Notes: generated from the sequence alone by a model not told the origin. 64,000 nucleotides of DNA from Minisyncoccota bacterium (GCA_041657885.1 JBBABB010000002.1:25483-89482); one strand, 5' to 3'. Shown: positions 9,320-20,521, numbered from the stretch's first letter. Translations and numbers: made by a program.

Positions 9320-11965
9320 TTACGTTTCTATAATTTTTATACTACTAACTGTAATGGTAGCTTGCTTAAATTCAGTTATGTTATCTCTTGTACAAGAAAT
9401 TTTATAAACAGTTGTTTTCAATGGAACTACCGTTGAGCTACCATTTGGGTTATTAGTTCCTGTACTCCATTCACCAAATCCTGTTTCATTAAGAGCTTTG
9501 CAATTATCAGCATTTGAAGTCCACATAAGAACAGAAGATCTTCCTTTAAATATTTTAGCTGGATTTGGGGTAAAGGTTATTTTTAATAAGTTTCCACCGT
9601 TACCACCAAAAATATTATCCCCGGTGTCCGTACCTGTACCTGTGCCTGTACCTGTGCCTGTACCTGTACCTGTGCCTGTATCTACACTTGTATCGTCACC
9701 AATAGACGCTACACACTTCCCTCCATCCCATCCTGTTCCACTTTCACAACTTGCCCCAACCGGCAGAATATCAAGTGGTAAACTATTATGATTAAGGAAA
9801 AATGTAGTTCCCCCATAAGCAACTGGAATGTTTTTCCTTTCTACTGGGAAAGTAGGAATGACAGCAGATGAAACGACAATTGTATTGTTTGGATTTTTAG
9901 TAACATTAGTTTCTTTTCCTGTTATAGGATTAATAATGTCTATAGTCAAAGTTGTCTCACAATCACTTGCGTTTTCTTCTATCTCACAATCATCTCCAGA
10001 AAGAGTTCCAACAGTACCACCTTCAGGCGAAATATCAACAGGAACCCATGCGCTACAATTATTGTCCTCAACTAACTCTATAACTATTCCTAGACCAGCA
10101 GCAGAATTTTTATCTGCACAAGCTCTAATATAAAATGTTCCAGTAGCTTCAAACGAAATCGATTGTAAAGCGACCGCTGTTTTATCAACTGCAAGAGCAG
10201 ACATCCCCGGTACATCATAATCAGTTAATGTTCCTTCCCCTTCTGGAAGTGTTGATGTTTGAAATAAATTGGTAAAACTTTTACCTGTTGAAATTGAGCC
10301 TTGATTTTTTATTGTTGAGGAAAAATTTGTTGGCGTTTTAACTATCACCGAAAGTGGAGATGGAATTGAAGCTATTAGATCAGGTCTTGGCTCACAGATT
10401 GTTCCATTCCAAATCGTTTTAGGTGCACATGTCGCATTTATCGTCGCACCATTTGGAGTAATAGTTTCTCCGTTGTGATTCAAAAAGAAAGTTGTATTTG
10501 GATAATCAACTGTTATATTTGGTTTTTCTACTGGGAAAGTATTGATAATCGCAGAAGGAACAACGAGTGTATTTGGTTCAGGAATATTTTTTGTGACATT
10601 TGTTGGTGCTTTTGTAACCGGCTTATAAACATTTAATGTCAATGTTGTCTCACAATTGCTTTCATTCATTTTTATAACACAATCATTTCCACTTATACTT
10701 CCACCATTTGGGTCAACTGGCATTGTAACAATAACTTCTAACCAATCACTACAATTATCCCCTTCATCACTTTCTGTAATTTCACCTAAACTATCTCTAT
10801 TGCTTTTATCTGCACAAGCCCTGACAAAAAACGTTCCTTCTTCACCAAATACATACACCTGAGAAGCAGTACCAGAAGCCCCTTCGTTTAATTTCCCCAT
10901 TGTGGTTGGGTCTAAACCTATAGCTATTGTCTCGTCTTCCTTATCAGTCGTTACTTGGAAAAAGTTTGAAAAACCTTTATTGGTAGAGACATCTCCCGTA
11001 TTGCTAATTATTGAGGTATATGAATTAGAAACACCAACTTCTACTTTTGCTGGAGTATAAGTTGGAACTGAAGCTTTAAGATTAGGTTTATTTAGAGGAA
11101 CTTCAGGATTTTCACTATTACCACATCCCCAATCTATTCCGTAATTTTTTGCAACACTAGCTGAAAACCAACATGAATAAGGTGTGCAGTTATTCCCTTC
11201 ATCTGACTCATTGACATCTGACTCTACATCTGTACAAAATCTTACTTTATACCCTGTATAAGTCCCATTGGCTCCATTATTCTCTGCTGGGAAAGTAACT
11301 GGGGAGAAATTTGAAACTGCGTGACCCGCAGCAACTATCATTGGCATCTTATATTTACCGGTAATGAGGGCATTTTCTTTCCATGTAGTATTAGGAATAG
11401 TTGCTGGCTCAATAATGTTACCATTTTGGTCTAACCTTGCAGTTTTAGAAATTATTTCGTAAGAATTATAAAAAGATGTTTTTGTGCTAGAACCAATAGA
11501 GTTCCACACTCCTGGTCGAAAAGTTACGGGGTTACCAGCAGGATATCTCGCATTATTGTATTGAGAAGAACCGTTCGAATTTATCGTCAAATCTGATGGC
11601 TGATAAGTAACAACAAGAGTAGGAGTTATTGTGGTTTTTGTTACTTCAAAATTTTTACATATTAATTCATACTCTGTTGTGATTACAGGATAAACTGAAG
11701 TTGAAACTGTGGTTGTAACTGTAGGGTTTGAAATAGGATGTGATGAAATAAAAATATTACTTCCACCGTTATAATCAAAAAAATCACAAGAACTAGCTCC
11801 AACTACTTTCCAGGAAAGTGTTGCTGATTGACCTTCAATAATACTAGTCGGACTAGGGGCAAAATTGGTGATAACAATATCTGTTACAGCAAAGGTTTTA
11901 CTTGCAATAAATAAAGAGCCAAAAACAAATAGACCTGACACAAAAATTTTTAATAGATTTTTCAT
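9320..11965 (-). CDS. Secreted surface protein (881 aa) with three CARDB-like modules and a GT linker
   Basis: Signal peptide; repeated 'RxC(A/T)D...E.DE.NNC'; (GT)n linker; paralogous to 1336..5859. Confidence 0.85.
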   Translation of the reverse strand: MKNLLKIFVSGLFVFGSLFIASKTFAVTDIVITNFAPSPTSIIEGQSATLSWKVVGASSCDFFDYNGGSNIFISSHPISNPTVTTTVSTSVYPVITTEYELICKNFEVTKTTITPTLVVTYQPSDLTINSNGSSQYNNARYPAGNPVTFRPGVWNSIGSSTKTSFYNSYEIISKTARLDQNGNIIEPATIPNTTWKENALITGKYKMPMIVAAGHAVSNFSPVTFPAENNGANGTYTGYKVRFCTDVESDVNESDEGNNCTPYSCWFSASVAKNYGIDWGCGNSENPEVPLNKPNLKASVPTYTPAKVEVGVSNSYTSIISNTGDVSTNKGFSNFFQVTTDKEDETIAIGLDPTTMGKLNEGASGTASQVYVFGEEGTFFVRACADKSNRDSLGEITESDEGDNCSDWLEVIVTMPVDPNGGSISGNDCVIKMNESNCETTLTLNVYKPVTKAPTNVTKNIPEPNTLVVPSAIINTFPVEKPNITVDYPNTTFFLNHNGETITPNGATINATCAPKTIWNGTICEPRPDLIASIPSPLSVIVKTPTNFSSTIKNQGSISTGKSFTNLFQTSTLPEGEGTLTDYDVPGMSALAVDKTAVALQSISFEATGTFYIRACADKNSAAGLGIVIELVEDNNCSAWVPVDISPEGGTVGTLSGDDCEIEENASDCETTLTIDIINPITGKETNVTKNPNNTIVVSSAVIPTFPVERKNIPVAYGGTTFFLNHNSLPLDILPVGASCESGTGWDGGKCVASIGDDTSVDTGTGTGTGTGTGTGTGTDTGDNIFGGNGGNLLKITFTPNPAKIFKGRSSVLMWTSNADNCKALNETGFGEWSTGTNNPNGSSTVVPLKTTVYKISCTRDNITEFKQATITVSSIKIIET
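9629..9680. repeat. Hexamer tandem repeat encoding the (Gly-Thr)n linker
   Basis: (CCTGTA/CCTGTG)n run. Confidence 0.85.
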
Positions 11966-12123
11966 ATTTAATAAATTATTAATAATAAACTAACTACTTA
12001 CAATTATATCATCTCCATTGACTAATTAAAAGCATTGCGGTAACATTACCTATGTAAGTCCGTTCTCGAACCGGGCTTTTATTTTTAGAAAAATAAGGAG
12101 CAAGGCGACTATATTTTTCTTAC

Positions 12124-12167
12124 CCCCACACCTACTTTGGGATTCAATTATCAAAGTAGGTGTGGGG
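12124..12167. mobile_element. Minimal element F, CCCCACACC family (44 bp), in the nusA leader
   Basis: Arms CCCCACACCTACTTTG / CAAAGTAGGTGTGGGG, 12-nt loop, no flanking duplication. Confidence 0.75.
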
Positions 12168-12209
12168 ATGGAAATTTTTATATTTCGCTCGGTTCCATTA
12201 AAAATTACC

Positions 12210-13388
12210 ATGTTAGATTTAAAAACAATGAGGTCTGCCCTAGAACAACTTGAGGTTGAAAGAAAAATTCCTCGAGAAAAAATAATTGATGCAATAGAGC
12301 AAGCTCTCGCCGCTGCCTATAAAAAAGATTACGGCAAAAAAGGTCAAATTATCAGAGCAAAGATTGATATAGAAACTGGGAAAATGGAATTTTACCAGAT
12401 TAAAATAGCTGTTGATGATACTTTAGTTAGAATGACCAGTGAAGATGATGAGGAAGAAATTGCTGAAGATGATGAAAGAGTGCGTTTTAACGAAGAACAT
12501 CATATCTTAATAGAAGATGCTAAAAAAATAAAAAATGATGCCATCCCAGGCGAAGAATTAATATTCCCTCTTGAGAATAAAGAGGATTATGGGCGTATCG
12601 CTGCGCAAACAGCCAAGCAAGTCATAATCCAAAAAATCCGCGAAGCAGAGAGAGGTGCAATAATAGAAGAATACGGAACAAAAGAAGGAGAAATAATAAA
12701 CGGCTTCGTTTCAAAAGTAGAAAGAGGAATTGTTTATATTGATTTCAATCGCGCCACTGGAATAATTCTTCCAGAAGAACAAATCCCCGGTGAATTCTAT
12801 AAACGCGGAGAAAGAATTCGCGCATATCTTTACCAAGTAGAAGAAACTCCACGCGGAGTAAATCTTAAACTCTCACGTACTCATCCACAACTTATTGAGG
12901 GATTGTTCGCTATGGAAGCGCCAGAAATAGCTTCGGGAGTTGTTGAAATTAAAGCAATCGCGCGTGAAGCTGGGAGTCGTTCCAAGATTGCTGTATTCTC
13001 AAATGATGAACATGTGGACCCAGTTGGCTCTTGTGTCGGGCAAAAAGGGGTTAGAGTAACTACAGTTATGAGTGAATTAAACGGTGAAAAAATAGATATT
13101 ATTCCTTGGTCTCCTGACGCAGGAACATATATCTCAAGTGCAATTTCTCCAGCAAATGTCTTAAATATTGAAGTAAATGAAGCGGAACATAAGGCAACAG
13201 TGGAAGTTGCAAATGACCAACTCTCTCTTGCTATCGGTAAAGGAGGACAAAATGTTCGTCTTGCTGCAAAACTTACTGGATGGAGAATAGATATAAAGGG
13301 CCTTGAAGAAAATGGCAACCAAATTAAAGAAAATGTAGAAAGTGATGATATACTAGATGACGGTATTGTCGATGACGGTACGAATTAA
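12210..13388 (+). CDS. nusA: Transcription termination/antitermination factor NusA
   Basis: YGRIAAQTAKQVIIQKIREAER, S1, KH domains (AREAGSRSK, AIGKGGQNVRLA); start placed at MLDLK. Confidence 0.97.
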   Translation: MLDLKTMRSALEQLEVERKIPREKIIDAIEQALAAAYKKDYGKKGQIIRAKIDIETGKMEFYQIKIAVDDTLVRMTSEDDEEEIAEDDERVRFNEEHHILIEDAKKIKNDAIPGEELIFPLENKEDYGRIAAQTAKQVIIQKIREAERGAIIEEYGTKEGEIINGFVSKVERGIVYIDFNRATGIILPEEQIPGEFYKRGERIRAYLYQVEETPRGVNLKLSRTHPQLIEGLFAMEAPEIASGVVEIKAIAREAGSRSKIAVFSNDEHVDPVGSCVGQKGVRVTTVMSELNGEKIDIIPWSPDAGTYISSAISPANVLNIEVNEAEHKATVEVANDQLSLAIGKGGQNVRLAAKLTGWRIDIKGLEENGNQIKENVESDDILDDGIVDDGTN

Positions 13389-13464
13389 ATTAGGGAAGGT
13401 TCGAATAGTCTACTATTCCGAACCTGACCCACGTTTATTAATTATTAATTAAAAAAATAAATAT

Positions 13465-15495
13465 ATGAATCCATTTATAATATTTGCACTTGTTTCTTCA
13501 GTAGTCGCAATAGTTTACGGTTTGTTTTTAATTAGAGTTGTTATGAGTAAAGGTGCTGGCGATGAAAAAATGAAAGCCATCGCACTTGCTATTCAGCAAG
13601 GAGCAAAAGCATATTTGAATCGTCAATATAAAACAATTGGCGTTATCGCGGTCGTTCTATTTTTAATAATTGGTTTTGTCCCAATGCTTGGATGGATGAT
13701 GGCTGTTAGTTTCCTAGTTGGAGCAATTCTTTCGGCTCTTGCCGGATATATCGGAATGAATGTTTCCGTTCGGGCAAATGTCCGCACCACAGAAGAAGCA
13801 AAAAAAGGATTAAAAGAAGCCCTCGGTCTTGCTTTCAAAGGAGGCAGTGTCACTGGACTTCTTGTTGTTGGTCTTGCTCTTTTAGGAGTTACAGTATTTT
13901 ATTTAATCGCAACTCATTTTGTCGGCGCTGGTGCAGTCAGGTCACTCGTCGGACTTTCTTTCGGAGCAAGTTTGATTTCAGTTTTCGCTCGCTTGGGTGG
14001 TGGAATCTTTACAAAAGCTGCTGATGTCGGGGCAGACCTCGTTGGAAAAGTTGAAGCTGGAATCCCAGAAGATGACCCTAGAAATCCCGCAGTTATTGCC
14101 GACAACGTCGGAGATAATGTTGGTGACTGTGCAGGTATGGCGGCGGATTTATTTGAAACTTATGCTGTGACATCTGTTGCAACTATGCTTTTGGGCTCTC
14201 TGGTATTTTCTGGATTTGATAATGCCATAATTTACCCTCTCGCTATCGGCGGAGTTTCAATTATTTCTACAATTATCGGAACATGGTTCGTTCGTCTTGG
14301 AAAAAAGAAAAACATAATGGGGGCTTTGTATAAAGGACTTGCTATTTCTGCAATTCTTTCTGCAATTGGTTTCTACCCGATTACAAAATGGCTAATGTCA
14401 GCGCAAACTACTTACTCAGTTGGCAATCTATATATGAGTGCTCTCGTCGGAATAATCGTCACGGTTCTTATCATTGTCATCACAGAATATTACACTTCAA
14501 CAAAATATAATCCGGTAAAATCTATCGCAAAAGCGTCCCTTTCAGGACACGGCACAAACGTAATTCAGGGCTTAGCAATCTCAATGAAGTCCACAGCTCT
14601 TCCACTTCTTTCTATTGTCGCGGGAATTTTAGCTTCATATTATTTCGGAGAACTATATGGTATTGCAATCGCTGCAATGTCGATGCTTTCTCTCACTGGT
14701 ATCATTGTCGCCATCGATTCATTCGGACCTATTACAGATAACGCCGGTGGTATTGCTGAAATGGCAGGATTACCTGATAGTGTTCGTGCCGTTACAGACC
14801 CACTTGATGCTGTTGGCAACACAACAAAGGCGGTTACAAAAGGTTACGCTATTGGTTCCGCCGGACTCGCTGCACTCGTCCTCTTCTCATCTTATACACA
14901 AGAATTCGCAGACCTAGGACACAAATTAAATTTTGACCTCGGCAATCCTCTCGTTATCGCTGGACTTTTGCTCGGTGGATTGCTTCCTTATTATTTCGGA
15001 GCTCTTTGTATGGAAGCTGTTGGTAAAGCCGCAGGAAAAGTTGTGGAAGAAGTTCGCCGACAATTCCGCGATATCAAAGGTATTATGACAGGCGAAGGCA
15101 AACCTGACTATGCAACTTGCGTAGATATCGTCACAACTGGTGCCATTAAACAAATGATTCTTCCAGCATTAATCCCAGTTCTTGCTCCAATACTTGTTGG
15201 GTTCATACTTGGCCCTGAAGCACTCGGTGGACTTCTCGTTGGATCAATCGTGACTGGAATATTCCTCGCCATCTCAATGACCTCGGGTGGAGGCGCATGG
15301 GACAATGCCAAGAAATATATTGAACTTGGAAATCATGGCGGTAAAGGAAGTGATGCACACAAGGCAGCCGTTACCGGAGACACAGTTGGCGACCCTTACA
15401 AAGACACAGCGGGGCCTGCTATCAATCCAATGATAAAAATCTTAAACATCATCGCCTTGATTCTTGTGCCTATCTTGGTGGCAATTTGGTTTTAA
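13465..15495 (+). CDS. hppA: Membrane ion-translocating pyrophosphatase, K+-independent type
   Basis: [35 protein letters not shown] (Lys variant), DTVGDPYKD. Confidence 0.96.
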   Translation: MNPFIIFALVSSVVAIVYGLFLIRVVMSKGAGDEKMKAIALAIQQGAKAYLNRQYKTIGVIAVVLFLIIGFVPMLGWMMAVSFLVGAILSALAGYIGMNVSVRANVRTTEEAKKGLKEALGLAFKGGSVTGLLVVGLALLGVTVFYLIATHFVGAGAVRSLVGLSFGASLISVFARLGGGIFTKAADVGADLVGKVEAGIPEDDPRNPAVIADNVGDNVGDCAGMAADLFETYAVTSVATMLLGSLVFSGFDNAIIYPLAIGGVSIISTIIGTWFVRLGKKKNIMGALYKGLAISAILSAIGFYPITKWLMSAQTTYSVGNLYMSALVGIIVTVLIIVITEYYTSTKYNPVKSIAKASLSGHGTNVIQGLAISMKSTALPLLSIVAGILASYYFGELYGIAIAAMSMLSLTGIIVAIDSFGPITDNAGGIAEMAGLPDSVRAVTDPLDAVGNTTKAVTKGYAIGSAGLAALVLFSSYTQEFADLGHKLNFDLGNPLVIAGLLLGGLLPYYFGALCMEAVGKAAGKVVEEVRRQFRDIKGIMTGEGKPDYATCVDIVTTGAIKQMILPALIPVLAPILVGFILGPEALGGLLVGSIVTGIFLAISMTSGGGAWDNAKKYIELGNHGGKGSDAHKAAVTGDTVGDPYKDTAGPAINPMIKILNIIALILVPILVAIWF

Positions 15496-15519
15496 TAAAT
15501 CTAAAAAATCATTCAACTA

Positions 15520-15548
15520 TTGACTATGTCTTTATATAAAGATATACT
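15520..15548 (+). promoter_or_regulatory. Sigma70-type promoter
   Basis: TTGACT-17 nt-TATACT. Confidence 0.6.
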
Positions 15549-15760
15549 CTAAGAGTCTAATGGTTTATCCATAAACTGTTAGGGTATTACATCCAAGGGT
15601 AGCCCTCCGCGAGGAGGGTTACTTTTATTTCTGGTCTCTATATCGTAGGTCACGTCCCCATATATCATTTTCAATTTAAATACTAAAAATATATTAATTT
15701 CTAAGGTACCAAAATGGATACTTAAAGATTTTTGACAAAAGTGCTTCATCCATATAAGAT

Positions 15761-16903
15761 ATGGATACTATGAAAACAACAATAAAAAAATTAGAAAAAA
15801 GCGAAATAGAAATAGTGGGCTCTATAGAAGTCGCTGAATTTGAGAAATATGAGGGCAAAGCGCTCGAAAGAATCGGCGAGCGCCTTGAACTTCCTGGTTT
15901 TCGAAAAGGGAAAGCCCCGAGTGGAATTGTGAAAGAAAACGTTCAAGAAATGGAACTATTGGAAGAAACGGCAGAGCTTGCATTGATGGATAATTATATG
16001 AAAATCTTGGAAGAGAATAAGATAGATGCTATCGGTCGTCCACAAATCGCAATTACAAAAATCGGAAAGGGTTCTGACCTAGAATTCAAAATCGTCACTG
16101 CTGTTCTTCCAGAAATGAAACTTCCTGATTATAAAAAAATTGCAAAAGAACAAAGTGGAAAAGAGGACAACAAGCGAGAAATTATTGTTGATGAAAAAGA
16201 TGTAGAAAAAGTAATTCTTGACCTTCGCAAAATGCGAGCTGAGCAGGCTCGTGGTAGTAATCATGTTGGCCATGAGAACATGACAGAAGAACCTGCCCGC
16301 CCTCACGATCATTCGGGAGCAGGCGGGGAACATGCAAAAGCCCATGCTGAATCTGCCTCATCGGCAGATAAAATTCCAGAAAGTGAATACCCTATTTTTG
16401 ATGATGCATTCGCAAAAACTTTTGGTGACTTCAAAGATGCTGGGGCATTCAAAGAAAAAATTCGCAGTAATATAAAAATAGAAAAGGAAACCGAGCAGAA
16501 AGACAAACTGCGCCTTGTGATAGTGGAAGAGCTAGTGAAACTAACCGAAGGAGAAATTCCTGAGATTTTAATAGAAAGTGAGATAGATAAAATAATGTAT
16601 CGGCTAGAAGCAGACATCACAAATGCTGGATTAAAACTAGAAGATTATTTAAAACAAATAAATAAAACCGATGCGGATTTGAGAAAAGAATGGCGAGCAG
16701 ACGCAGAGAAACGCGCGAAACTTCAAATGATAATCCATACAATCTCTGAAAAAGAAAATCTAAAACCAACCGAAGAAGAAATTGTAAAAGACGTTACACA
16801 AATCACAACTATGTACAAAGATGCCGACCCCACTCGTGCTCGTTCGTACGTAGAACAAATGTTAGAAAATGAGAAGGTGTTTAAGTTTTTAGAAACACAA
16901 TAA
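15761..16903 (+). CDS. tig: Trigger factor (reduced PPIase region, with palindromic inserts)
   Basis: [10 protein letters not shown] ribosome-binding signature; upstream of clpP. Confidence 0.93.
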   Translation: MDTMKTTIKKLEKSEIEIVGSIEVAEFEKYEGKALERIGERLELPGFRKGKAPSGIVKENVQEMELLEETAELALMDNYMKILEENKIDAIGRPQIAITKIGKGSDLEFKIVTAVLPEMKLPDYKKIAKEQSGKEDNKREIIVDEKDVEKVILDLRKMRAEQARGSNHVGHENMTEEPARPHDHSGAGGEHAKAHAESASSADKIPESEYPIFDDAFAKTFGDFKDAGAFKEKIRSNIKIEKETEQKDKLRLVIVEELVKLTEGEIPEILIESEIDKIMYRLEADITNAGLKLEDYLKQINKTDADLRKEWRADAEKRAKLQMIIHTISEKENLKPTEEEIVKDVTQITTMYKDADPTRARSYVEQMLENEKVFKFLETQ

Positions 16904-16944
16904 ATCGTTCCACAGGATTATTATCAATATGCTATAATAGCCTT

Positions 16945-17535
16945 ATGCTTATACCAACAGTTATAGAAAAATCACAATTCGGCGAAAGAGCTTATGATAT
17001 ATACTCTCGCCTTTTAAACGAACGCATTATTTTCCTTGGTGGTCCAATAGACGACCACGTCGCTAATTTAATTATCGCTCAGCTTCTTTATTTGGACCAT
17101 ACCGACCCAAAAAAAGATATTTCACTTTATATCAACTCCCCTGGCGGTTCAGTTACAGCTGGGCTTGCAATTATAGACACAATGAATTTTGTAAAAAGTG
17201 ATGTCTCCACAATTTGCGTCGGCATAGCTGCATCAATGGGAGCACTTATTCTTTCATCGGGACAAAAAGGCAAAAGATTTTCTCTCCCAAATTCAGAAGT
17301 TATGATTCACCAAGTTATGGGAGGCACCGAAGGCCAAGCAAGTGATATTGCAATCAATGCAAAACACATCCTTCGCACAAAAGATACTTTGAATAAAATT
17401 CTTGCCCAAAATACAAATAAAAAAATTGACCAAGTTGATAAAGATTCCGACCGCGACTACTGGATGACCGCTGATGAAGCAAAGAAATACAACATCGTCG
17501 ACGACATTATCACAAAACAAAAAGCTGGAAAATAA
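16945..17535 (+). CDS. clpP: ATP-dependent Clp protease proteolytic subunit
   Basis: [29 protein letters not shown]. Confidence 0.98.
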   Translation: MLIPTVIEKSQFGERAYDIYSRLLNERIIFLGGPIDDHVANLIIAQLLYLDHTDPKKDISLYINSPGGSVTAGLAIIDTMNFVKSDVSTICVGIAASMGALILSSGQKGKRFSLPNSEVMIHQVMGGTEGQASDIAINAKHILRTKDTLNKILAQNTNKKIDQVDKDSDRDYWMTADEAKKYNIVDDIITKQKAGK

Positions 17536-17549
17536 AAAATACCAAAAAA

Positions 17550-17597
17550 CCTAGCAAGGTCTTTCCTCTAGTATCCCCGAGGTAAGTCCTTGCTGGG
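17550..17597. repeat. AGGT-N4-CCT family palindrome (intergenic sister of the Xer-gene inserts)
   Basis: AGGTctttCCTCTAGTatccCCGAGGTaagtCCT has the same core and spacing as 30485-30523 and 30770-30808. Confidence 0.65.
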
Positions 17598-17603
17598 CTT
17601 TCT

Positions 17604-17650
17604 ATTTGTTGCATTATTTGTTGCATAATGCTACAATTAGTGCAACAAAT
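17604..17650. promoter_or_regulatory. Probable operator of the Fic gene
   Basis: ATTTGTTGCA at 17604 and 17616, inverted copy TGCAACAAAT at 17641 overlapping the start codon. Confidence 0.55.
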
Positions 17651-18704
17651 GATTAAATTAACAGAAAGACAAAAAAAAATATTAGGATTTATAACAGAAA
17701 ATACCCAAATCGGTATCTCAGAAATTCTTGAGTTTATAAACAAAAATGAGTTAGAAATTACTCGTTTTTCTATTATCCGTGATTTAAATATACTTATTGA
17801 GAATAACCTAGTAAAAAAAGTGGGTGGTGGCCGTTCTACAAAATATACACCAAAGGAAAATGATACTCTCCATAAATATATTGATATTGATGATTATTTC
17901 AAAAAACCACAAGATGAGAGGGTTCTTATCTCAAAAAACTTTGAATTTAACATTTTTGAAAAAATAAATAATTTATTTACAAAAGAACAACTAGAAAAAA
18001 TAAACGTTCTTAACAATAAATTTAGAGAAAATATAAATAAAATTTCTCCGACCATAAAAAAACTAGAAATGGAGAGATTTATCATAGAATTATCTTGGAA
18101 ATCATCGCAAATAGAAGGAAATACTTACTCGCTGCTGGATACAGAATATTTAATCAAAAATAAAATTGAAGCTGAAGGACATAAAAAAGAAGAAGCCATT
18201 ATGATTTTGAATCATAAAATTACTTTAGATTTTATAAATAAAAATACTTCTTATTTCAAATCAATATCTATAAAAAAAATAGAGGAGCTACATAAACTTA
18301 TAACGGAAGGATTAGGAGTCAATCATGGAATTAGAAAATCTCCAGTCGGGATTACGGGGACAAATTATATTCCGCTTGATAATGAATATCAGATAAAAGA
18401 AGCTATAAAAAAAATGACTGAGAGAATAAACAAAGAAGTAGATCCAATTATAAAAGCATTCCTATCTTTATCTATTATTTCTTATATACAACCATTTGAA
18501 GACGGAAATAAGAGAACAGCGCGACTACTCGCAAATGCGATACTTATCGCTCACAATTACTGCCCACTATCATACAGAAGCGTCAAAGAGGTTGATTATA
18601 AAAAAGCAATTTTAGTGTTTTATGAGTCTCACAATCTTGATCCACTAAAAAGAATGTTTGTTGAGCAATTTGAATTCGCTATTAAAAATTATTTTAGAAA
18701 ATAA
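17649..18704 (+). CDS. Fic family protein with N-terminal winged-helix domain
   Basis: SSQIEGN inhibitory motif; YIQPFEDGNKRTAR Fic motif; start placed at MIKLTERQ. Confidence 0.9.
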   Translation: MIKLTERQKKILGFITENTQIGISEILEFINKNELEITRFSIIRDLNILIENNLVKKVGGGRSTKYTPKENDTLHKYIDIDDYFKKPQDERVLISKNFEFNIFEKINNLFTKEQLEKINVLNNKFRENINKISPTIKKLEMERFIIELSWKSSQIEGNTYSLLDTEYLIKNKIEAEGHKKEEAIMILNHKITLDFINKNTSYFKSISIKKIEELHKLITEGLGVNHGIRKSPVGITGTNYIPLDNEYQIKEAIKKMTERINKEVDPIIKAFLSLSIISYIQPFEDGNKRTARLLANAILIAHNYCPLSYRSVKEVDYKKAILVFYESHNLDPLKRMFVEQFEFAIKNYFRK

Positions 18705-18716
18705 TATACAAACAAA

Positions 18717-18746
18717 AATGCCCTCCGACCTAGGTCGGAGGGCATT
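18717..18746. repeat. Perfect 30-bp palindrome (REP-like or terminator)
   Basis: AATGCCCTCCGACCT/AGGTCGGAGGGCATT. Confidence 0.75.
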
Positions 18747-18994
18747 CCCTTTACCACCATAATTCTGCCGACTAATTAGGCTCTAGACAAAACCGCGGTT
18801 TTGGAGTATTATGGAAGTATCGAATTTTAAAAGTTTTATTGAAATGTTCGCTTTTTTAATGCAGTCACGATATCGATTTTTTTATGAATTTATTTAATTT
18901 TCAGTCTTGTTCTAAATCAATCATACATGTTCGAATAAACTGCCCATTTATGGGTGGAATAATCTCTGTGTTTTAAAAGCGGCAAAAAGTCACT

Positions 18995-20521
18995 ATGAGT
19001 TTAACAATAATAATGATCGGGGCTCTGACTCTCGTAGTAGGTGTTGGAGTTGGGTATTATTTACGTCTCGTTATTTCTCTTGGTAAGAAGGGCTCTATGG
19101 AGCTTGAAATCAAGCAGATAATGTTGAAGGCAAAAGAAGATGCCCAAAAAGTTATAGACGAAGCCAAGAAAAAAGGAGAAGCGCATTTGAACGAAGTTAA
19201 TAAGGAGACAAAGCAAAAGGAGGAAGAGTGGAAGTTGACGGAGAATCGTCTCATAAAGAAAGACGAGATACTCGATAACCGTCAAGTAGAGATAGATAAG
19301 GAAGTAGAGAAGATAAAAGTTAAAATAGAAGAAGTAAAGAAAGTAAAAGAAAGGGTTGATGGCATGGAGGCTGAAAAAGAAAAAGCACTTGAAAAAGTTG
19401 CTGGCCTAACGCGCGACGATGCTAAAGAAGTTTTATTTAAAGATATAGAAACAAAATACGAAGAAGATTTGCTTATAAGAATGCAAAAAATGGAAGGTCT
19501 CAACACTGAAAAACTTGACCGCAGGGCAAAAGACATCCTTGCGACTAGTATCAATCGTCTTGCCTCATCAACGGCAAGTGAGATGATGACGACTTCAGTA
19601 AATATCCCAAATGATGATATCAAAGGTAAAATAATCGGTAAGGAAGGAAGAAATATTCGTGCTTTTGAGAAAACCTCTGGGGTTGAATTGATAATTGATG
19701 AAACTCCGGGAGCTATTGTGATTTCATCTTTTGACCCTGTCCGCCGGCAAGTTGCACGTCTGGCGCTTGAGAATTTAATTTTAGATGGGAGAATTCAACC
19801 AGCTAAAATTGAAGAAATAGTTGCTAAAGCTCAGGAAGATATAAATAAAATAATAAAAGAAAAGGGAGACCAAGCAGTTTATGAATGTGGGATATTAAAT
19901 CTTGACCCACGTATTAGTGCCATAGTTGGCCGTCTATATTTCAGAACCTCTTATGGACAAAATGTTCTTCAGCACTCTATTGAAATGGCTTACATTGCCG
20001 GAATGCTTGCTGAAGAACTTAACGCTGATGTCCAAATCGCTAAGGCGGGCGCACTTGTCCACGACATTGGTAAAGCTTTAGACCACGAAGTCCAAGGTAC
20101 ACATATAGATATAGGTATAAGAATTTTGCAGAAATTCGGAGCCGACCCACGCATTATAACAGCAATGAAAAGTCACCATGATGATACTCCTCATGAATCT
20201 CTTGAGGCTGTAATTGTTCAAACTGCCGATATGATTTCTGGTGGACGCCCTGGAGCTCGACGTGATAGTGTTGAAAATTATCTAAAACGATTACAAGAAC
20301 TTGAAGCCCTAACAAAAACATTTGAAGGAGTAGAAAAATCATACGCTCTATCAGCTGGACGCGAAATCCGCATATTTGTTACCCCAGAAAAAGTCTCAGA
20401 CCTTGAAGCAAAAGAAATGGCTCGTGACATTGCCAAGAAAATTGAGCAAGAACTCACTTACCCTGGTGAAATCCGCGTCACAATGATAAGAGAAAACCGA
20501 ATCATCGAATATGCAAGGTAG
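18995..20521 (+). CDS. rny: Ribonuclease Y
   Basis: N-terminal TM, coiled coil, KH (KGKIIGKEGRNIR), HD (VHDIGK). Confidence 0.97.
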   Translation: MSLTIIMIGALTLVVGVGVGYYLRLVISLGKKGSMELEIKQIMLKAKEDAQKVIDEAKKKGEAHLNEVNKETKQKEEEWKLTENRLIKKDEILDNRQVEIDKEVEKIKVKIEEVKKVKERVDGMEAEKEKALEKVAGLTRDDAKEVLFKDIETKYEEDLLIRMQKMEGLNTEKLDRRAKDILATSINRLASSTASEMMTTSVNIPNDDIKGKIIGKEGRNIRAFEKTSGVELIIDETPGAIVISSFDPVRRQVARLALENLILDGRIQPAKIEEIVAKAQEDINKIIKEKGDQAVYECGILNLDPRISAIVGRLYFRTSYGQNVLQHSIEMAYIAGMLAEELNADVQIAKAGALVHDIGKALDHEVQGTHIDIGIRILQKFGADPRIITAMKSHHDDTPHESLEAVIVQTADMISGGRPGARRDSVENYLKRLQELEALTKTFEGVEKSYALSAGREIRIFVTPEKVSDLEAKEMARDIAKKIEQELTYPGEIRVTMIRENRIIEYAR

